A DNA stretch of 64,000 nt from positions 10,572 through 74,571 of the forward strand of contig JAOABA010000022.1 of NCBI GenBank assembly GCA_026418625.1, given 5' to 3'. The DNA is from Candidatus Kapaibacterium sp. GTDB taxonomy: Bacteria > Bacteroidota > Ignavibacteria > Kapaibacteriales > UBA2268. Position numbers and translations under genes: made by a program. This document shows, in pieces, positions 60,685 through 64,000 of this stretch. The first letter of the stretch is position 1. Every line of letters begins with the position of its first letter. The notes beneath the pieces were generated by a model. It did not search any database. It was given only the letters and a program-made list of their open reading frames with translations, and was not told the DNA's origin.

Positions 60685-63600
60685 TTAGTTCAATAATCTG
60701 ATTACTTTCTTTGTAATAATTTGATTATTCGGAAAATAGAATCTTATAATAAACAGACCTTCCTGCGAGGAATAGTCAGCTAAATCAATTTTTGCGAACT
60801 CGTCAGAAATAACCTTTGACCCGAGTTTTTCACCGAGCAGATTATAAATTTCTACCAAATATTCGCCCTGATAATTACTTACTAAATTTATGACACCACT
60901 CGTTGGATTTGGTGAAATGTTAAAATTATCAATTATCAATTCATTTCTGACTGATGCGAATGTTACATTAAATTCCTCAGAAAATTCAGATAAACAGGAC
61001 CCGATTTTAACACGGACAGAATACAAACCGTTCGTTTTTGGTTCATAATATTGTTCTGTCGCATCGGGAATAATTTGCTTATCCAAATACCATTGATTTC
61101 CTATTGGTGAACTTGATTTCAATCTGTCATCGTCAACTGTTATAATAGGTTTTTCTGGTGTTGAGGCAACATCAATATCTTGGAAAATGATCTTCTTGCA
61201 ATTTGTAGTTGTATTCGTCTGGGTAACATAAACTTTCCCGTTTCCTTGAGTAATCCATTTTACCTCAATTTGATGACCTATTGAATCACCGATTATCTCT
61301 CCGCCTACAACCCTCCATTCACTTGTTAGATTTTTATCATTATAAGTTGTATAAGTTTCCGTTGAATTTTCGCAAGTTCTGGCATTGCCCGATATAAAGG
61401 GATCTGGAATTGAATTAACTACTACCTCATATTCTGAGGAATCCATACAACCCGATTGATTAATGAAAACTACTTTAACGGTTCCCTTTCCTGTCTGATT
61501 CCAAACAACCAACGCACTGTCGCTATTTATCTGTTTCTTAATAGTTCCACCTTTTATAGACCATTGCTTTGTGATTTTACCTGTAGTTTTTTCGACAGAG
61601 TATATATTTTCGCTATTCAGACAAGTTGATTTCTCACCTGATATTTTCGTAGCAACTGGTGCTTCATTGATTGTGATGTCCCTTTCAAGCAACGTAAAGC
61701 AACCTGTCTCGTTGATGGTTTGCTTTAATCTCAATTTTCCTTTTCCTTTGCTGCCCCAAAGTATTTTCACCATTTCCTGATTAAGAATTGAGTGAACCTT
61801 TCCTCCCTCGACTTCCCAATCATTCTTATTTCCAGCAACTATTGGTGAACGATAGATGAAATAGCTGTTTTCACAAACAGCCAAATCGCCAATTATTGTT
61901 GGATTTGGAACGGGATTAATTGAAACCTCCAAAATTGTAGTATCGGTGCAACCTGAAGCACTTGATTTGGCAAGTCTTATTATTCCTGTTCTGCTTGTAT
62001 CATCCCATTTAATCTGGACATTTGGGGATTTCGTATCGCCAATTAATTCTCCACCTTTAATAACCTTCCAAGTATTAATTATCCCATTTTCTACTGTGGT
62101 AAAATATGGTTCTATCGTTCCTGAGCAAACAACACTTTTGCCTGATATATAAGGATAAAGCTTAGCAGTTATTACTAAATCCTGACCGTTATCAAATCCA
62201 GTTGTTGAGGGATTCGAAGCAATAATTCTGATTCTGTATTTAGAACCTGAGGCAATATTTACTGGGATTAAAGCTGTAATCGTTCCTGATGTTGTTGATG
62301 TTAGGCTCCCTATTTGGATTTGGTTGTTAAATTTTCCAAGACTGTCAGAAAGATAAGCCCTGAAGACATTCCCATCATTAAAAGTGATTCCAGCAGTAAA
62401 ATCAATCTGAATGTAATTTCCGGCACATAATTTACCATTTATTGCAGTTATAATAATCGTTCCAGTAGTAGTAAATGAAAAAACTGATGACCATCCTGTT
62501 TGACCTTGGGCAGTCGTTGCTCTTACCCTCCAGTAATACCTTGTATTGTTTGATAAATCGGACGAAGGTGTGAAAGATGTTCCTGTCAGTCCAGTTTGAT
62601 TTATTACAAGATTTGAAAAACTTGAAACATCAGACACCTGAATTTCATAGGAAGTAGCCCCAGTAAAAGTATTCCAAGTGAAAGTCGGTCTTAAACCAAG
62701 ATTCGTTGAATTATCAGCAGGACTAATAAGAACAGGAACTGAAATTGTATCAAAGCCAACATAAAAAGTGATTGTATTTCCCGAAGAACCAATCTCTGAA
62801 ATATTTAAATATCCGGCAGAACCGTTCGAAAGAAAAGCTGATGGATTTGTGAAATTATTTATCTGGGTTCTACTGACATCGCTCGAAAAATTTGCACTGT
62901 TAACGGTGCCGTTGTTAGTTGTTGTTCCATTTGGTCTATAAACATAAACTTCATCGGGTGGTCCATTAGCATTTCCCTGACCACTATAGGAATTATTAAT
63001 CCTATAAACTATTAAACCGCTTCCGGGAAGGGAATTCTCGAAAGTTCCTGTTTTCCTTCTATATTCCACAACAAAATATTCTGTGGTAGAAACAGGTGAT
63101 TTTATTTTGTAAGCATTATTTGTTGAGCTTGTTAAAGGGCTTAATGTATAATAACCGGATGTGGTAATCTCTGGGATGCTTGCTATCCAACCAGCATATC
63201 TGAATTTCATATATGCACACATATGTTGAGGTGGACTCAAATTATTTTCCATCAAATCCCAAGGACCAACCGGACTAATTCCATTGCTTGTATAGTGATA
63301 TAAATCGGGAGCACCGAGGGAATGGAACATCTCGTGGCAAAGAACACTATTATTGGTCATACTTCGAATTTGGAAATTATAGGTATAGACCCTTTTCTCG
63401 TTTATAGTTACTGTAAGGCTGTAAAGTGACCACATATGGGGCCATAGAAGACTTGCCCAAGCATCGGGTGTTCCCGAAACAATGAAACAAACATTATCAA
63501 CATATCCGTCATTATCGCCATCAATATTCAATGATGTAGGTATCTGAGATTTAATTGCATTTACTGCATTTGCGAGTAACGTATGCTCCCTGTCCCTGCG

Positions 63601-64000
63601 TTGGGTTGAATTCTGATAACCAATCGGATTTGTATTCGCATCATAGGGACGATAATAATTTCTGGGTTGAGTTGCCTGATAAGATATTACCGTTGATCCA
63701 TTTGTTTCGGGATAAAAATATGTTTGAATTGACAGACTATTATAAGATGCCTCACGAAAATAATTCTTCATTGAATTACCGCTTTCAGCGTTAAACATAC
63801 TTTCGTAAGTCGAACGCTGGTCAGTAAATTCGCTTTCGTCCGAAAACCTTATGAAAATCACTATATTATTGATGGTCCCTGTTTTTGGTGTCTGGACTCT
63901 ATCCCTTTTTGAATCATCAATTGGTTTATATCTATATTCAAGGAATTCATCTACTCGAGGTTTAATATACTCGTAAGAAAATTTAAGCCACGGTTTCAAT
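60685..64000 (-). CDS. Large T9SS-secreted zinc metalloprotease (HExxH, M6/immune-inhibitor-A-like) with Fn3 and repeated beta-sandwich domains. The 5' end lies outside the window.
   Basis: The ORF runs to the window edge (the first codon is TTG, so it is truncated). HEMFH zincin motif. Fn3-like segment (PVLISPADNSTNLGLRPTFTWN...YEIQVSD). At least four ~90-aa Cys-containing repeats. C-terminal Por_Secre_tail (ISPNPTSGVINLVS...LFIIRFYF). Confidence 0.7.
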   Translation of the reverse strand, partial: LKPWLKFSYEYIKPRVDEFLEYRYKPIDDSKRDRVQTPKTGTINNIVIFIRFSDESEFTDQRSTYESMFNAESGNSMKNYFREASYNSLSIQTYFYPETNGSTVISYQATQPRNYYRPYDANTNPIGYQNSTQRRDREHTLLANAVNAIKSQIPTSLNIDGDNDGYVDNVCFIVSGTPDAWASLLWPHMWSLYSLTVTINEKRVYTYNFQIRSMTNNSVLCHEMFHSLGAPDLYHYTSNGISPVGPWDLMENNLSPPQHMCAYMKFRYAGWIASIPEITTSGYYTLSPLTSSTNNAYKIKSPVSTTEYFVVEYRRKTGTFENSLPGSGLIVYRINNSYSGQGNANGPPDEVYVYRPNGTTTNNGTVNSANFSSDVSRTQINNFTNPSAFLSNGSAGYLNISEIGSSGNTITFYVGFDTISVPVLISPADNSTNLGLRPTFTWNTFTGATSYEIQVSDVSSFSNLVINQTGLTGTSFTPSSDLSNNTRYYWRVRATTAQGQTGWSSVFSFTTTGTIIITAINGKLCAGNYIQIDFTAGITFNDGNVFRAYLSDSLGKFNNQIQIGSLTSTTSGTITALIPVNIASGSKYRIRIIASNPSTTGFDNGQDLVITAKLYPYISGKSVVCSGTIEPYFTTVENGIINTWKVIKGGELIGDTKSPNVQIKWDDTSRTGIIRLAKSSASGCTDTTILEVSINPVPNPTIIGDLAVCENSYFIYRSPIVAGNKNDWEVEGGKVHSILNQEMVKILWGSKGKGKLRLKQTINETGCFTLLERDITINEAPVATKISGEKSTCLNSENIYSVEKTTGKITKQWSIKGGTIKKQINSDSALVVWNQTGKGTVKVVFINQSGCMDSSEYEVVVNSIPDPFISGNARTCENSTETYTTYNDKNLTSEWRVVGGEIIGDSIGHQIEVKWITQGNGKVYVTQTNTTTNCKKIIFQDIDVASTPEKPIITVDDDRLKSSSPIGNQWYLDKQIIPDATEQYYEPKTNGLYSVRVKIGSCLSEFSEEFNVTFASVRNELIIDNFNISPNPTSGVINLVSNYQGEYLVEIYNLLGEKLGSKVISDEFAKIDLADYSSQEGLFIIRFYFPNNQIITKKVIRLLN

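Overview
This 64 kb window is chromosomal DNA from a low-GC bacterium. Flagellar export genes (fliPQR-flhBA), three cargo proteins with type IX secretion C-terminal sorting domains, a GWxTD-domain protein and nrfHA point to an Ignavibacteria-like or Bacteroidota/Chlorobi-group organism. That taxonomic call is an inference from gene content alone.

The core is housekeeping. It includes a 5-tRNA cluster followed by secE-nusG-rplKAJL-rpoBC on the minus strand. Also present are the respiratory nitrite reductase nrfHA with an Rrf2/NsrR-like regulator, ispH, ispD, rarA, a UmuC-like Y-family polymerase, dapA, purC, rmlA, pheT, pepD, lgt, nadK, nuoAB, asd and pdxH.

The most unusual content is non-coding. 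A roughly 1 kb hairpin-rich composite repeat locus lies at 40.2-41.2 kb. It holds two copies of a ~205-bp element, a 24-bp perfect palindrome and 2.7 tandem copies of a 78-bp unit. A third copy of the 205-bp element sits at 48.7 kb, directly after nuoB, where the nuo operon appears to be cut short. The stems of the hairpins are conserved while the loops vary, which suggests a structured RNA or DNA-level element family.

Other points of interest are a 781-aa protein built from about 20 copies of a non-canonical 34-aa repeat (divergent from the flagellar operon), an orphan PqqD-like protein, an orphan HydE-like radical SAM next to a FemAB-like/GT4/outer-membrane cluster, and a tRNA-secE junction that lacks tuf.
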